DNA of 63,783 bases, the filler included, from Stramenopiles sp. TOSAG23-2 (taxonomy: Eukaryota): the NCBI GenBank assembly GCA_900128395.1. It is 31 parts of 31 records of this genome, joined end to end, with 100 filler letters (N's around TTAATTAATTAA, not from the genome) between each part and the next. Parts side by side here need not be neighbours in the genome. Positions count along the whole stretch, not along the records: positions 61,837 to 63,783 come from LT652184.1; 30 more parts are not named here. The stretch is one strand, 5' to 3'. Shown here piece by piece: positions 61,837 through 63,783 of this stretch. Position 1 is the stretch's first letter. Every line of letters starts with the position of its first letter. The notes under the pieces were generated by a model. The model searched no databases. It was not told the origin of the DNA and saw only the letters and a list, made by a program, of their open reading frames with translations. Made by a program: the position numbers and the translations under genes.

Positions 61837-63185
61837 GTACCGCGGGATTTTGTACACCTGATGGGAATCAAGTGCAAGTTACGTATCCATATTCAAAATC
61901 AGGTGTTTATGATCCTAAAAATCATGGAAACAACGCTGTGTTTGAAGGAACGGAAGCAGGAATAGAAGTTTTGTATAGACCTAATCCTGCCGTACCGCTT
62001 TACATGGGCATTTCAAAAATTGTCACAACTGAAGCGCCATTCTTAGAATTATCGTTGAAGTACACCCCGGTAACGGAATGGGGACCAAATAAAGTGACTT
62101 TACCGAAAAGTCCTATGCCAAATCTTCAATTTTTTCAAGATGCATTTTTGAGCCCGAAGGTATTTGAAAATCTTGAATATTTGATATATACCGTGATGCC
62201 AATGTATGAAAAAGTATTGGGCATTTGTGGTGGTAACGCACACAAACCATTAAAAATGGTCACAAAGGGTTTATTGGCAGCAGAGATCAAGAAACTGTAC
62301 GGGTACAACATCAAAAGTCCGACTCAAATGTTTAAAAAAATAATGGAAGCAAGGTCAACCGCCCCAACCGATTTAGGAGATAAATATAGAGGAGATAGCT
62401 TTTCCAATACACCGGCTATGTCAATTGATTTAAAGTGGAAAGTATACTGTGGCGGTACAGCTGGGCTAGCGAGTTACTTCGGCAATGGAAAAGGTATAAA
62501 AAGTATGTCTCGTCCCAGACTCACACTGAATTTTTTGAATGTAAACGAATGGGTCAGAGGCATCCCAGGCTCTAATATGAAAATTAAACCAATGCTTGGT
62601 CTTGGAATCAGTCTTGACATGGGAGCACTATTTAACTCGGTAGCTAGAATGTCGTCATTGTATTTTGAACAAGCTGAAAATTCTAAAAGTGTTGCATTGG
62701 ATTTAAATACAGGGAATGAAATTGTGACAGACCTTCGATCAAAAAGATGTAAAGAATGTTGCAAGCATATTAGACCAATGTTTGTTAATGGCGCAAAAGC
62801 ACCATCTTGTACAGCTGGAAATGCAGATGAACGTGAAGAATGTAAATTTGTGAAATCTGATATTAATGACTTTCTATCTACAACAAGAGTCAAAAATGCA
62901 GATGGTAAGCGAGTAAAACTTGAGGAAATTCTTCAAAATGGAGTTAAAAACAACGCTGAATTAAGAAAAATAGGTGCTCTAGCAGAAGCTAAATGTATCG
63001 GAGTGGAGATTGAATACTGCGCTGCAGCCTTAACATGCAGAGGCATGGGATTAGCCTGTGCCCAAGAAGGTTCAGCTGGATTTGCCGATGGCGGGGCTAA
63101 AGATGTTGGCACCGCTGAGAAATTGAAAACAATGGATGAAATAGAAACCAAAAAAGGATGGGGATTTAAGCTCTTTCGATTGTAA
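61837..63185 (+). CDS. Hypothetical protein, 5' truncated, Cys-rich C-terminus
   Basis: ORF of 437 aa or more from the contig edge. Confidence 0.65.
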
Positions 63186-63783
63186 AAATTACGAGAGCGT
63201 ACTACTGGCTGATAATAGTTTTTTTATATAATTTAAAAGAACACTCTTTTAAAACACTTCACAGATTTACTGCAATAAAAATAATTTTATTGCCTTACCC
63301 TATCAACGTCACATAATTTATACTTGAAAGGGAAATTAGAATATCAAAAAAATTACTCATCATCAATTTATACCTTAAACCATCCTTTTTTCCACATGAT
63401 TCAGGTGGTACATTTGATGTATATACAGTACTTAATACATTGACAATTATAACATGTAATATAAAAGGTGGTGGTGGAAAATGTAATTTTACAATATATC
63501 ACATAACTTCATTACATTCTTTTAAAAAAAACATATGTATATATATCTTAACTAGTCTTCGTTCGTTTCAAGTCGTTTGTATATATATATATATATATAT
63601 ATATTTGTTTGTTTGTGGATATACATCAACAACGTTTTGTTGTTTTCTACCATTTCAACATATTGGTTGTTATTATCATTTTATTTAATTGTTATTATTT
63701 TTCAAAACCGTTATGAAAAATGACTAGTAATAACAATCATAAGAATGAAAAAAAAAACATAAAGAATACCATCCAAAAAAAGG

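Noticed and set aside
2305-63688. Many short or antisense ORFs in the track (for example 2305..2754, 27821..28360, 40169..40591, 62474..62893)
   Set aside because: They are shadows of real genes or translations of AT-rich low-complexity DNA.
1-63783. tRNA, rRNA and snRNA genes
   Set aside because: No cloverleaf or conserved rRNA/snRNA motif was recognisable by eye; tRNAscan-SE and cmscan would be needed to exclude them.

Overview
This window is not a contiguous locus. It is 31 short, AT-rich contigs (about 1975 down to 1947 bp, sorted by length) joined by an artificial 100-bp linker (N44-TTAATTAATTAA-N44), so adjacency across linkers has no biological meaning. The content is nuclear DNA of a microbial eukaryote using the standard code, with sparse GT-AG introns. 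The gene set suggests a heterotrophic stramenopile-like single-cell or metagenome assembly (inference). Recognisable genes: AP-4 mu, RPB3, HSBP1, PIG-H, SART3-like, PEX11, an ABCB half-transporter, a class-III aminotransferase, SDR, CRAL-TRIO, a hemerythrin-like protein, ADP-ribosylglycohydrolase, GH78, GH18, a TRP-like channel fragment, an ankyrin protein and an importin-alpha-like protein. Frameshifts, 80-230-bp tandem duplications and one fully palindromic contig look like assembly or amplification artefacts. The most interesting signals are: (1) a dispersed, GC-richer ~110-170-nt element in 3' flanks of unrelated genes whose copies show compensatory changes in hairpins (candidate structured ncRNA, SINE or transposon-end RNA); (2) an importin-alpha-like gene whose IBB domain is replaced by an F-box-like motif, restored by a 97-nt intron; (3) a ~1.8-kb non-coding element with diverged ~210-bp G-rich terminal inverted repeats; (4) a TACGAAGTA motif recurring in 3' flanks.
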